The notes under the pieces were generated by a model. It was not told where the DNA came from. It saw only the letters and a program-made list of their open reading frames with translations, and searched no databases. Positions 18,649 to 28,542 of a DNA stretch of 64,000 bases are shown in pieces (within the stretch, counting starts at the first letter, position 1; the number at the start of each line of letters is the position of its first letter). Position numbers and translations under genes: made by a program. Source of the DNA: an uncultured Verrucomicrobiales bacterium (lineage in GTDB: Bacteria > Verrucomicrobiota > Verrucomicrobiia > Verrucomicrobiales > DEV007); the NCBI GenBank assembly GCA_938091905.1, contig CALKOM010000057.1, positions 15,942 to 79,941 of the forward strand, given 5' to 3'.

Positions 18649-21600
18649 ATGCGGTTTCTTTGGTGGTTATTTCTGTTAGGCATTGCCCTTGCGCTATCCG
18701 CGCAGGCGCAGCTTCGGATCTCGGAGGTCATGACGTGCAATACGTCTACCTACCCGGAACCATCTGGTGAGTTTCGGGACTGGATCGAGCTTTGTGCGGA
18801 AGGCAAGGAATCAATCAATTTGGCGTCCTATCGCCTCGGAATTGGCGAGGAAACCCTCTGGAAGTTTCCCAGCCTCGTCGTTGAGCCGGGGCGTCGCCTC
18901 GTTCTCTTCGCATCGGGGCACGACCGTTGGCAATCCGGAGACTACCACGTACCGTTCCGCCTTGGCGCTACAGGTGAGTTGTTGCGATTAGTGGGGCCTT
19001 CTAAGGAAGAGCAACGGGTCGAGATTCCGAAGTTACCAGCGGATGTGAGCTATGGTGTCAAGGAAAGGTCTTTGTTAGCCGAGCCGACGCCGGGCGACGA
19101 GAATGCAGTGGCCATTGGATCGCCGCCGCTCAAGCCCACATTCTCGCGGGAGCGTGGCTTTGTATCCAGTCCGTTTCCTCTCATCATGATCGCATCGACT
19201 CCTCAAACGGTCATTCGTTACACAGTGGATGGGAGTGCGCCGAGCGAGACGAATGGGCAGCTTTATCGGGGGCCCATTCAAGTGAATCAAACTACTGTTG
19301 TGCGCGCGGTTTGTCTGATACCTGATTGCTTGCCCAGTCGTGTGACGACTGCCAGCTATCTCTTTCCGCAAGATATTCTCACGCCCTATCAGGATATCCC
19401 GGAAGGCTGGCCGCCCGCTCGCCTTATCAATGGCCAACGTCTTGTCTATGGTATGGAAGCGCCGATGAATATCGGAGCGACTCATGACGAATTCGCCAAA
19501 GCGCTTGTTAGTGTGCCGACGGTCTCGCTTGTCATGGATCTGGATGATCTGTTGGATGAGGATACTGGCATTTACACGCATGCCGTAGAACGTGGTCGAG
19601 ACTGGGAGCGCTCGGTTTCCATGGAATGGATCGATCCTCGAGACAACGTCTCCTCGTCAAAGCAAGCCGATGCGGGCTTGCGCATTCGGGGCGGCTACAG
19701 TCGTTCTCGGCGTGCGCCCAAGCATGGTTTTCGTGTCATTGCGAGGTCGGCCTATGGTGACGACAAGTTTGATTGGCCCTGCTTCGGTTCAGATGGGCCT
19801 AACCGATGTCGTACGGTTGACTTGCGATCCCCTCAGAATCACTCCTGGTCGACGGATGGATCCAAGGATAACACCTTCCTACGTGATGGCTTCTGTCGCG
19901 ACACTCAACGGGATCTTGGGCGGCCTTACACACGTGGCCAGTTTGTGCATCTCTTTCTCAACGGCGTCTATTGGGGCGTCTACGAGTCGCATGAGCGAGT
20001 CGATGCGGATTATGCGGAGCGGTATTTGGACGCGGATCCCGAATCGGTCGATGTGATCAAAGCGGCGCACCCAGGAGTGCTGAAGACCGTGACGGCGCCG
20101 AGGGAGGGCGATTTGAATGCCTGGCGGCACCTTTGGGAATCGGCCAATCGCCTTGCGGCGCAGCGCGAGGAGTCCGTCCGGTCAGCGCTGTATTATGATT
20201 TGCAAGGGCTGAGCCCTGCTGGTGCTCCTGATCCGGACAAGGCCTCCTATGTCGACGTTCCAAGCCTGATCGACTACATGATGATCATCTTCTTCAGTGC
20301 GAATCAGGATGCGCCGATCTCACAGTTCTTTGACAATCTTCGTCCAAACAACTGGTTTGCGGTGCGGGATCGGGATGGGCGGGACGGTTTTCGTTTCTTT
20401 ATCCACGATAGTGAACACAGTTTGGGCCTGCCAAAACACTATGGAAATAGCCGAATAGGGCCGTTCGAAGGAGGTGCCGATTTCACGTATAGTAATCCCC
20501 AATGGCTGCACCAGCAGCTCATGTCCGTCGAGGCCTATCGCGAGGCCTTCGGAGATCGTGCAGAGGCTTTGCTAGGTCCTGGAGGCCTGCTTAGCGCTGA
20601 AGCTAACATTGCGCGGCTGAGCGAGCGTGAGCGTGTGTTGGAACCAATCATGGCATTGCATGCAGCGCGATGGGGCAGCGCGCGTTCGGATCGGCCTCGA
20701 ACGAAACGTGATTGGCGTGGAGCTGTTGCGCGTCTCAAGACGTACCTTATTGAGCGTCCTGCAATTGTGAAGAACCAGTTGCGCGGAGCCAAGCGCTTTG
20801 CGCTAGGGGACCCAAGCCAACACTTTGAGATGGCGCCGCTGTATCCGTGGGTGGCCCCCCCGCGTTTCTGGACGGCGTTTGCCAATCCTTTAGCCGCGCA
20901 TGTCACCGCGGACGAAGGGGAGGTTTTAGCCTTCGTCAATGGTGAGACGGAGAGCGCCGTTTCTCTGGGGCAACCGGTTCTGAAGGTATTGATCGATGAC
21001 TCGACGCTGATGCGAATGTCTCAAGGTGCTAGTGCGGAGGATTGGATGCAACCAGGCTTCGATGATGCGGCGTGGAATGCTGCGTTGTCTGATAGGTTGG
21101 CTTCTGGCTATACTGCTTCTGAAGCCGGTAGTGTAGTCTTTGTGAGGACGACGTTCGAAATGGCCCAACTCGGGGCCTTGGTCGATCTCAAGCTTCGGTT
21201 CAAGTATGAGGATGGCTACGTTCTTTACCTAAACGGACATCCAGTGGCAGAAAAGGAGTCGCTCACAACGCGCCTCCGGGAAGAACGGGCGGTGCCTGAA
21301 CTGCTCGATCTAAGAGAACATTCCCTACGCTTACGTCAGGGGAAGAACGTTATCGCCTTCGCCAATCATCGGTTGAGACGTGTCAGTCGCGACTTTGAGT
21401 TTGGTCCCCGTTTGGAAGCCACCTTTGTCACGGGTGGCAAACCGCTGCCAGTTCGACAGGGTGGAACGATCCAGGCTCGCGCCAAAGTTGGCAAGCAATG
21501 GAGCGCACTAGCGGTTTATCGTTCCTCTGGGCCAGTGGAACGTGCCTCCGCCGCGAACTTCGTTATTTCGGAGATCATGTATCATCCTCCTGCGCTGTCG

Positions 21601-23109
21601 ACGAAGGAGAAGCAACGCGGAGTGAAAGACTCAGATGCGTTTGAGTTTCTCGAGTTTCTCAATACCGGGAGCAGTCCGATCAGTCTATCCAAGGTCCGTT
21701 TCATTGATGGCATTCAGTTTCAATTTCCGGATCGGAGTGCGCTGCTGGGGCCGGGTCAGCGATTGGTGGTGGCCAAGAACCCTAGCGCTTTCGCAGTTCG
21801 CTATCCAAAGGTAGAAGGGGTGTTTGGCCCTTATGCCGGTGGTCTCAAGAATGGCGGTGAGCGTCTCACTGTCTTGGATAGCCGCAGTCAGCCCATCGTG
21901 CGCTTCCGTTATGATGATGACGCTCCTTGGCCAAGCAGTGCCGACGGCTTGGGCTTCTCTCTCGTACTGAATTCGACAACAGGTAAAGTGAACTTGGGTA
22001 AAGCCTCCAGTTGGCGCGCAAGCACCGAAGTGCATGGCTCTCCTGGACTTGGCGAGCCTGAATCGAGCTTTGCTGGCATCGTCATCAACGAAATCCTGAC
22101 GAACTCAGACTGGCCGGATACAGATGCCATTGAATTATATAACCCGAGTGAATACTTTGTAGATGTGAGTGGGTGGTTTCTCACGGATAACGTTAAGGAA
22201 CCTAAGAAATGGGCCATCCCTTCAGGTAGTGTGATCCCGCCAAAGGGTTATTGGGTTACCTATGAAGACAATGACGCGGATTCAACAAATAATGGTGATC
22301 TTCGGCCTAACTACTTTGGAGGAGCCTTCTCACTGAGCTCTCTCGGGGAGGAAGTGTTTCTCTTCTCTGCGGATGCCCAGGGCAATCTCACTGGTTATAC
22401 TCATGGCTGTGAATTCGATGCCTTGCCCACAGGGATCGCCTATGGTCGCTCTATCAATTCGGCGGGCAAGGATGTCTTCGCTATTCGCAAACCGACTCTC
22501 GGCCAGGCGAATGGCATGCCTTTGTTAGGTCCAGTCCTCTTCTCGGAGGTTCACTATCATCCTGAAGAAAGCGATACCGAGGAAGTGACCGAGTTTGTTG
22601 AGATTTGGAATCGAACGGATCATTCGATACCGCTCTTCGATTCCGAGCGCCCCGAGAATGCGTGGGCGCTGAAAGGGGCTAAATTCACCTTTCCACCAGA
22701 ACAGACGCTCGCCCCAGGTGAAACGGCGCTTGTGGTGCGCATGAAGCCAGAAGAATTCCGTCAAAAGCGCGGGTTATCAGCGGAAGTGAAGATCTATGGG
22801 CCTTTTGAGGGAAGCTTGAACAATAGTGGCGAACGCCTTACCTTGGTGCGCCCGTTGGCCCCTGAGGCTGACGGCAACCTTTCCGTGATTCCTATGGTAC
22901 CTGTCGATTCTATCCGCTATAACGACAAGGCTCCCTGGCCGCAGGAGGCAGACGGAGCTGGAAATTCGCTAGAGCGTCGCGATAGTTCTGGAATCACCGA
23001 TGAACCGAAGACTTGGCAGGCCTCCTCAAGTGTAGGGGGAAGCCCAGGAACTACGCCTCTAACTTTAAAACCTACAACGAACGACAATCAAGATGATGAT
23101 GAATTGTAA
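18649..23109 (+). CDS. Secreted lamin-tail domain / CotH-kinase family protein (1486 aa)
   Basis: Signal peptide; LTD repeats (ISEVM..DWIEL, ISEIMYHP, INEILTN, FSEVHYHP); RYTVDGSAP domain; CotH motifs RIRGGYSR..KHGFR, YWGVYESHE, NQD..NNW, HDSEH. Confidence 0.9.
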   Translation: MRFLWWLFLLGIALALSAQAQLRISEVMTCNTSTYPEPSGEFRDWIELCAEGKESINLASYRLGIGEETLWKFPSLVVEPGRRLVLFASGHDRWQSGDYHVPFRLGATGELLRLVGPSKEEQRVEIPKLPADVSYGVKERSLLAEPTPGDENAVAIGSPPLKPTFSRERGFVSSPFPLIMIASTPQTVIRYTVDGSAPSETNGQLYRGPIQVNQTTVVRAVCLIPDCLPSRVTTASYLFPQDILTPYQDIPEGWPPARLINGQRLVYGMEAPMNIGATHDEFAKALVSVPTVSLVMDLDDLLDEDTGIYTHAVERGRDWERSVSMEWIDPRDNVSSSKQADAGLRIRGGYSRSRRAPKHGFRVIARSAYGDDKFDWPCFGSDGPNRCRTVDLRSPQNHSWSTDGSKDNTFLRDGFCRDTQRDLGRPYTRGQFVHLFLNGVYWGVYESHERVDADYAERYLDADPESVDVIKAAHPGVLKTVTAPREGDLNAWRHLWESANRLAAQREESVRSALYYDLQGLSPAGAPDPDKASYVDVPSLIDYMMIIFFSANQDAPISQFFDNLRPNNWFAVRDRDGRDGFRFFIHDSEHSLGLPKHYGNSRIGPFEGGADFTYSNPQWLHQQLMSVEAYREAFGDRAEALLGPGGLLSAEANIARLSERERVLEPIMALHAARWGSARSDRPRTKRDWRGAVARLKTYLIERPAIVKNQLRGAKRFALGDPSQHFEMAPLYPWVAPPRFWTAFANPLAAHVTADEGEVLAFVNGETESAVSLGQPVLKVLIDDSTLMRMSQGASAEDWMQPGFDDAAWNAALSDRLASGYTASEAGSVVFVRTTFEMAQLGALVDLKLRFKYEDGYVLYLNGHPVAEKESLTTRLREERAVPELLDLREHSLRLRQGKNVIAFANHRLRRVSRDFEFGPRLEATFVTGGKPLPVRQGGTIQARAKVGKQWSALAVYRSSGPVERASAANFVISEIMYHPPALSTKEKQRGVKDSDAFEFLEFLNTGSSPISLSKVRFIDGIQFQFPDRSALLGPGQRLVVAKNPSAFAVRYPKVEGVFGPYAGGLKNGGERLTVLDSRSQPIVRFRYDDDAPWPSSADGLGFSLVLNSTTGKVNLGKASSWRASTEVHGSPGLGEPESSFAGIVINEILTNSDWPDTDAIELYNPSEYFVDVSGWFLTDNVKEPKKWAIPSGSVIPPKGYWVTYEDNDADSTNNGDLRPNYFGGAFSLSSLGEEVFLFSADAQGNLTGYTHGCEFDALPTGIAYGRSINSAGKDVFAIRKPTLGQANGMPLLGPVLFSEVHYHPEESDTEEVTEFVEIWNRTDHSIPLFDSERPENAWALKGAKFTFPPEQTLAPGETALVVRMKPEEFRQKRGLSAEVKIYGPFEGSLNNSGERLTLVRPLAPEADGNLSVIPMVPVDSIRYNDKAPWPQEADGAGNSLERRDSSGITDEPKTWQASSSVGGSPGTTPLTLKPTTNDNQDDDEL

Positions 23110-26100
23110 GCACCTTATCTCGAGCTTGGTGGCCTCCTTGGGAGTGGTTACTACCGTATCCGGAATCTCAGCACCCTCGCTTGTGATCACAGAAGTCATG
23201 CCTTCTAACGAAGATGTTGTTTTTGACGGGGATGGAGATGCTTCTGATTGGGTTGAGATCTATAACGCAGGGAACGAGCCTGTTGCTTTGAAGGGCTACA
23301 CCTTAACTGACGATCCTGCCAACCTTGGGAAATGGGCGTTTCCAGATCGTAAACTCAATGGTGGCGAGTTTCTCTTGGTCTTTGCTTCGGGGAAAGATCG
23401 TGCCAAAGGCGACAGTCTCCACACGAATTTCAAGCTCGGGGCTAAGGGTGAGTTTCTCGGGATGTACAAGGGAGGGGAATCCATTCAAACGTTTGCACCG
23501 TCCTTACCCAAGTTAGGGCAGAATGAGTCCTATGGTGTGGTCTTCAAAGGTGGTCGGGCTGATATGAATAAGTCAGGTGCGTTGTTAGAGCCAACGCCCG
23601 GGCAGCCCAATGCCGAGGCTTGGGCTTTGCCGCAAACGGCCGATACCAAATTCAGTCAGGATCGGGGCTTTTATGACACACCATTCAAGGTAGCGATCAC
23701 CTCTGCAACTGGTGATGCGCAGATTCGCTATACGACCGACGGCAGTCAGCCTAATCAAGAGGGTGGGACACTCTATGAAGGACCGATCGAGATCACGACA
23801 ACAACCACGCTACGAGCAGCAGCCTTCTCCGACGGCATGCGTTCTTCTGACATTGATACGCATACGTATATCTTTCCAAAGGCAGTCATGCGACAACCCG
23901 AGAGTCCCGAGGGCTGGCCTAGCACTAGGCCGGGATATGCCGGCCGCGGCGGTGGTGGCTTTTTCGGCTTTGGTCGACGGAAGGGTGGTCGAGCGGTGGA
24001 CATGGATTACGCCATGGCGGCTCCGAGCGATGTGAAAGCGACCGAAGAAGAAGTTGTTGAAGCGCTAACTTCCTTACCTTCGCTCTCGGTGGTGACGGAA
24101 TTGTCCCACTTATTGGATAGCAAAGAAGGTATCTACGCCAATCCCAGTAATCGTGGTCGGGATTGGGAACGGCCTATTTCCGTCGAACTCATCGACCCGA
24201 CGGGTGGGGAAGAAGGCTTTCATTGGAATGCGGGCCTGCGCATTCGTGGTGGCCATAGTCGCAGTCCATACTGTAAGAAGCACGCCTTTCGAATCTATTT
24301 CCGAGATGATTATGGCGATGGCAAACTGAACTACCCGCTCTTTGGCAGCGAAGGGGTTGAGGAGTTCGACGACATCGATTTGCGAACGGCACAGAACTAT
24401 TCCTATCATTATTCTGACTCTGGCTCGCAGAACACGATGGTGCGCGAGGTCTTCTCTCGCGATACCCAACGCGCCTTTGGCCAGCCCTACGCTCGGAGTC
24501 GCTACTACCATTTGTATTTGAATGGGCTCTATTGGGGGCTCTATCAGTCTCAGGAACACACCGAAGCGTCTTACGGCTCGAGCTATTTCGGCGGTGATGA
24601 GGACGACTACGACACGATCAAGGCATCACGCACTGGCGAGCGTGCCACCGATGGCAACGAGGAGGGCTGGCGTCATTTGTACGAAGAATCTGGCAACATT
24701 GCGGCCGAGTCGGATCCAGGCAAACGGCTCGAACGCTATTATGATCTTCAAGGGCTCGATTCCGCTGGAAATCCAGATCTGAAGAAGACTGTCTATCTCG
24801 ATTCAGAGAACTTGATCGATTACATGCTCATTATCTTTTATACCGGCAACTTTGACGCGCCGATTTCTCGCTTCATGGGGAACCGCATGACGAACAACTG
24901 GTTCTCCATCTTCCAACGTGATGGCCGTCGCGGCTTTCAGTTTTTCTGTCACGACTCAGAGCACTCCTTAGGTTCGGATGGCGGTGCCCGTATCAACCGT
25001 GTTGGGCCGTTCCCTGCTGGATCAGACTATCGCGGCAGCAATCCGCAATGGATCCACCAACAGTTGCTGGCGGTGGATGAGTATCGACAGGCCTTTCAGA
25101 AGCGCGCGGAATGGGCGCTTCTCGGTGAAAATGGTCCATTGACAGAAACTGCCGTCCTAGACCGCATTGATCGACGTGCGGCGACTGTCGGCAAAGCCAT
25201 CCTCGCAGAATGCGCACGCTGGGGTGACGCCAAGGATGAACCGCGGGATGGGCTGAGTTATACGAAGCAAGATTGGACAGGGGCTATCGAGCGCTTGAAA
25301 GAAGTAGCCACGGTTCGCTCTCAGCTTCTGCCAGAGCAGCTTCGACTCTCCCGGCGATTTAAGCATGGTAGGCTTACGGGTGAACTTGTTCCGGCACCGT
25401 TGTTCAATCCGGTGCCCATTCCTGTCATGCGCTGGCGTGATGATGCTAAAACCCGAGGGACGTTCCAACTGAGCCAAGGCAAGACGGTCTTCTACACGAC
25501 CGATGGATCTGATCCCAAGGACCAAGGTGCGGCAAGCCAGGCCACGCCGTCGACGACATCACGCAAGTCACTTCTCCCTGCGGGTAGTGTCATTCGCGCC
25601 TTCGTGCCCAAGACCAATGCGCTCAAGCAAACCTGGACCAAGCCCGATTTCGATGATTCGAAATGGCGGGCAGGCATCGGAGGCGTTGGTTATGATTTCA
25701 GGCCGGACTACAAGTCTCTCATCGGCGTCGATGTCCGAGATGAAGCCGCTGGAAAATTCCCCAGCGTTCTCACTCGCTCTCTCTTTAAGTGGGATGGGAT
25801 CCCTATCGAGAAGCTGGTCCTCAATCTCAAGTTCGAGGATGGTTTCATCGCCTACCTCAACGGAGTGCGCGTGGCTTCGCACAATGCCCCGAAGATTGCT
25901 AACAATGTGGCTAGTGCGTGGGGGCAGCACATGGATGGTGAAGCCATGCGGTGGAAGCCATTCGATCTCAGCGAACACACAGATCTTCTTGTCACCGGAA
26001 AGGACAACGTCCTGGCCATTCAGACGATGAACGATCGTGTGGGGAGTTCCGATCTACTCATCTACCCAGAGCTTGTGGCCGAACGAGAGATTTCAGGTAC

Positions 26101-27763
26101 TGAGATCACCCTGGGGAAAGGGGTGCGTGAAGTAAGAGCCCGTGCTTTCGAAATGGATCGCTGGGGACCCATGCGTGTCGTGCCAATCGTTACTGGTGAA
26201 GCCGGGGCGGCTGCATTGGCCGCTGCTGGGAACGTGGTCATCTCAGAGATTATGTACCATCCTGGCGAACCCACTGCCGAAGAGGCGGCGGACGTATCTG
26301 AAGATCCCGATGACTTTGAGTTCGTGGAGGTGATGAACATTAGTGACGAAGACGTGAGCTTAGCAGGGGCATCGTTCTCCAATGGAATAGATTACATTTT
26401 CCCCAAGAATGCATCTTTGAAGGCGGGCGAACGTGCCGTCATTGTTAAAAACCTCGGAGCGTTTCAGAAGCGTTACGCGGACAGCAAGGCCAAAGTCTTG
26501 GGCCTGTATGACGGTGGTCTGAAGAATTCTGGTGAGAAACTTACGTTGAGCGATGCCGATGATAACGTGATTGCGAGTGTGTCCTTCAAAGACAGTACCC
26601 CTTGGCCGCAGAGTGCTGACGGGCTCGGTTTTTCGCTCGTGCTCAAGGTTCCAGAATCGAATCCATCTCTAAACCAGGCGGGTAATTGGCAAGCGAGCAG
26701 CTCGGTTGGTGGCTCGCCAGGTGCTGGCGACGAGGCCACTGCCGGCGGTGTCGTTATCAACGAGATCCTCACGCATACTGACCTTCCCAATGTCGATGCG
26801 ATTGAACTCTACAATCCAACGGATGCCGAGATCGATCTTAGTGGCTGGTTCCTTACCGATGACACGGACACGCCTGACAAGTACCGTATTCAATCAGGTA
26901 CTAAGATTGCTGCCTCTGGCTACGTCGTTATCAAAGGGGACAATGACGACGTTCCTACGAACAACGATTCCCTACCTGCAGATCGCTTTGCCAAGAGCTT
27001 CTCGCTCAGTTCACATGGCGAAGAGATTTATCTCTTCGCGGCCGATGCCTCTGGCCAGCGCACCGGTTACAGCCATGGATTCGAATTCATCGCCTCGCAG
27101 AATGGCGTTTCCTTTGGTCGGCACATCAACTCCGAGGGCAAAGAGCTCTTCCCACCGCAGCTCGCGTTGACGTTGGGTGCGGAGAATGCTGGTCCTGCCA
27201 AACCGGCTGTCGTGATCAGCGAGATTATGTACCACCCTGATGACAACGATGAGGAAGAAGGCGAGTTCATCGAAATCTGGAACTGGGGTAGTAAAGCTGC
27301 TCAGCTCTTTGATCCTGCTAACCCGGCCAACACCTGGCGACTCAGTGGCGTGAAGTTCACCTTCCCCGAGAAGCAGACGCTCAAGCCGAACGAAGTTGCT
27401 CTCATCACTCGCCTCGATCCAGACACCTTCCGTCGTCGCTATAAAATTGAGGCGTCGATCAAGGTCTTCGGCCCACTCGATGAGTCAGCCAAACTCTCCA
27501 ACAAAGGAGAACGTCTCCGTCTCCTGCGCCCTGATCTTCCCGATGTCGATCTGGAGACCCAGGAAACCACCGTGCCAATGCTAGAAGTCGATTCTGTTCG
27601 CTACAACGACCGCGATCCTTGGCCCGAAGCGGCTGATGGCGAGGGCGTCTCCATGGAACGGATTCCTGCGGCAGAGTTTTCAGATGATCCTGAGTCCTGG
27701 AAAGGCTCTGCTCAAGACGGCGGCACGCCTGGGAACGTTCCTGCCGTATCGGCAACGCCTTAG
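23093..27763 (+). CDS. Secreted lamin-tail domain / CotH-kinase family protein (1556 aa), tandem paralog
   Basis: Same architecture, with RIRGGHSR..KKHAFR, YWGLYQSQE, NFD..NNW and HDSEH. Overlaps the upstream stop. Confidence 0.9.
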   Translation: MMMNCKHLISSLVASLGVVTTVSGISAPSLVITEVMPSNEDVVFDGDGDASDWVEIYNAGNEPVALKGYTLTDDPANLGKWAFPDRKLNGGEFLLVFASGKDRAKGDSLHTNFKLGAKGEFLGMYKGGESIQTFAPSLPKLGQNESYGVVFKGGRADMNKSGALLEPTPGQPNAEAWALPQTADTKFSQDRGFYDTPFKVAITSATGDAQIRYTTDGSQPNQEGGTLYEGPIEITTTTTLRAAAFSDGMRSSDIDTHTYIFPKAVMRQPESPEGWPSTRPGYAGRGGGGFFGFGRRKGGRAVDMDYAMAAPSDVKATEEEVVEALTSLPSLSVVTELSHLLDSKEGIYANPSNRGRDWERPISVELIDPTGGEEGFHWNAGLRIRGGHSRSPYCKKHAFRIYFRDDYGDGKLNYPLFGSEGVEEFDDIDLRTAQNYSYHYSDSGSQNTMVREVFSRDTQRAFGQPYARSRYYHLYLNGLYWGLYQSQEHTEASYGSSYFGGDEDDYDTIKASRTGERATDGNEEGWRHLYEESGNIAAESDPGKRLERYYDLQGLDSAGNPDLKKTVYLDSENLIDYMLIIFYTGNFDAPISRFMGNRMTNNWFSIFQRDGRRGFQFFCHDSEHSLGSDGGARINRVGPFPAGSDYRGSNPQWIHQQLLAVDEYRQAFQKRAEWALLGENGPLTETAVLDRIDRRAATVGKAILAECARWGDAKDEPRDGLSYTKQDWTGAIERLKEVATVRSQLLPEQLRLSRRFKHGRLTGELVPAPLFNPVPIPVMRWRDDAKTRGTFQLSQGKTVFYTTDGSDPKDQGAASQATPSTTSRKSLLPAGSVIRAFVPKTNALKQTWTKPDFDDSKWRAGIGGVGYDFRPDYKSLIGVDVRDEAAGKFPSVLTRSLFKWDGIPIEKLVLNLKFEDGFIAYLNGVRVASHNAPKIANNVASAWGQHMDGEAMRWKPFDLSEHTDLLVTGKDNVLAIQTMNDRVGSSDLLIYPELVAEREISGTEITLGKGVREVRARAFEMDRWGPMRVVPIVTGEAGAAALAAAGNVVISEIMYHPGEPTAEEAADVSEDPDDFEFVEVMNISDEDVSLAGASFSNGIDYIFPKNASLKAGERAVIVKNLGAFQKRYADSKAKVLGLYDGGLKNSGEKLTLSDADDNVIASVSFKDSTPWPQSADGLGFSLVLKVPESNPSLNQAGNWQASSSVGGSPGAGDEATAGGVVINEILTHTDLPNVDAIELYNPTDAEIDLSGWFLTDDTDTPDKYRIQSGTKIAASGYVVIKGDNDDVPTNNDSLPADRFAKSFSLSSHGEEIYLFAADASGQRTGYSHGFEFIASQNGVSFGRHINSEGKELFPPQLALTLGAENAGPAKPAVVISEIMYHPDDNDEEEGEFIEIWNWGSKAAQLFDPANPANTWRLSGVKFTFPEKQTLKPNEVALITRLDPDTFRRRYKIEASIKVFGPLDESAKLSNKGERLRLLRPDLPDVDLETQETTVPMLEVDSVRYNDRDPWPEAADGEGVSMERIPAAEFSDDPESWKGSAQDGGTPGNVPAVSATP

Positions 27764-27826
27764 ACCGCCATTCAAGGTCGATGATACTAACGGTATCATG
27801 TAAACGTTGCGTTCGGGAAATTGACC

Positions 27827-28422
27827 ATGAAAAGTGCACTAGTAGTTCTGATACTAATCTATTTCGAAGCTGTCTCTGCGGATCCTATTCCTGCAGTTGA
27901 AGCCAAGCGATTAATTTCCGCTCCCGCCGAGGGATGGGACTTTTTCTTCGGTAGTTGCAGTTGGTATTGCGGTTCCAGAGCAATCAAGGTTGCTTCCTCA
28001 AGCTTCCTAACCGAGCGCGACCTGCGACTCAAGTGCATGATGGGAACATGGGAAAGGTCTGGAGCGAAGAGGTGAAAGGAAATGGAATTGGAGAGAGCCT
28101 CACCTTCACCTTCCACACGACGAAGGAAGACACGACCGATCTAGGAGTGACATCGTGCGGTATCTGACATCAGGGCTCCGCGACGCTCTTCCGACAAAAT
28201 GCCAGACCAAAGGTGATCGAGCTTAGTGTAGATGGTGAACCCAAATTGCGGCTTCACCTTAAAGACACGATGGGGCTCCAACAGTTCGAGATTCCGAAGT
28301 TCGCACTGGAACGCCCAAGTAAACATGCCATTACGCTAAAGATCATGGACGTATTCCCGAGAACTAAGTTCGAGGACTGGATTGCAGAGGTCTACTTTCA
28401 AGGCACTGGGAACATGCACTGA
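27827..28422 (+). pseudogene. Discoidin-like / NADase-type glycan-binding domain protein, disrupted
   Basis: Signal peptide, GSCSWYCG, ASSSFL; frameshift at about 28015 into HDGN..VWSE...GNGIGESLTF; in-frame TGA at 28165-28167; then NARPK...LKIMDVFP.TKFED..AEVYFQG. Confidence 0.7.
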
Positions 28423-28442
28423 TTCCGGCGGAACGAGATCGT

Positions 28443-28486
28443 GTAGGACGGCCTTTCGGGCCGTGAATCGGGCAAGATGCCCGATT
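28443..28486. repeat. GTAG-type REP-like double palindrome between convergent genes
   Basis: GTAG, then acggcc-tttcg-ggccgt (28448-28464), then aatcgggca-aga-tgcccgatt (28466-28486). Confidence 0.55.
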
Positions 28487-28542
28487 TGTATCTGTCATTG
28501 GTCGAAATTTGCGACAGCGAGAGTCAGGCTTGACGTTATTCC

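Noticed and set aside
23074..23109. C-terminal DDEL resembling a eukaryotic ER-retention signal
   Set aside because: It is a by-product of overlap with the ATGATGATGAAT start of the next gene.
28165..28167. In-frame TGA (also TAG at 12600) as recoding or selenocysteine
   Set aside because: Both genes also carry frameshifts, and TGA/TAG are normal stops throughout the window.
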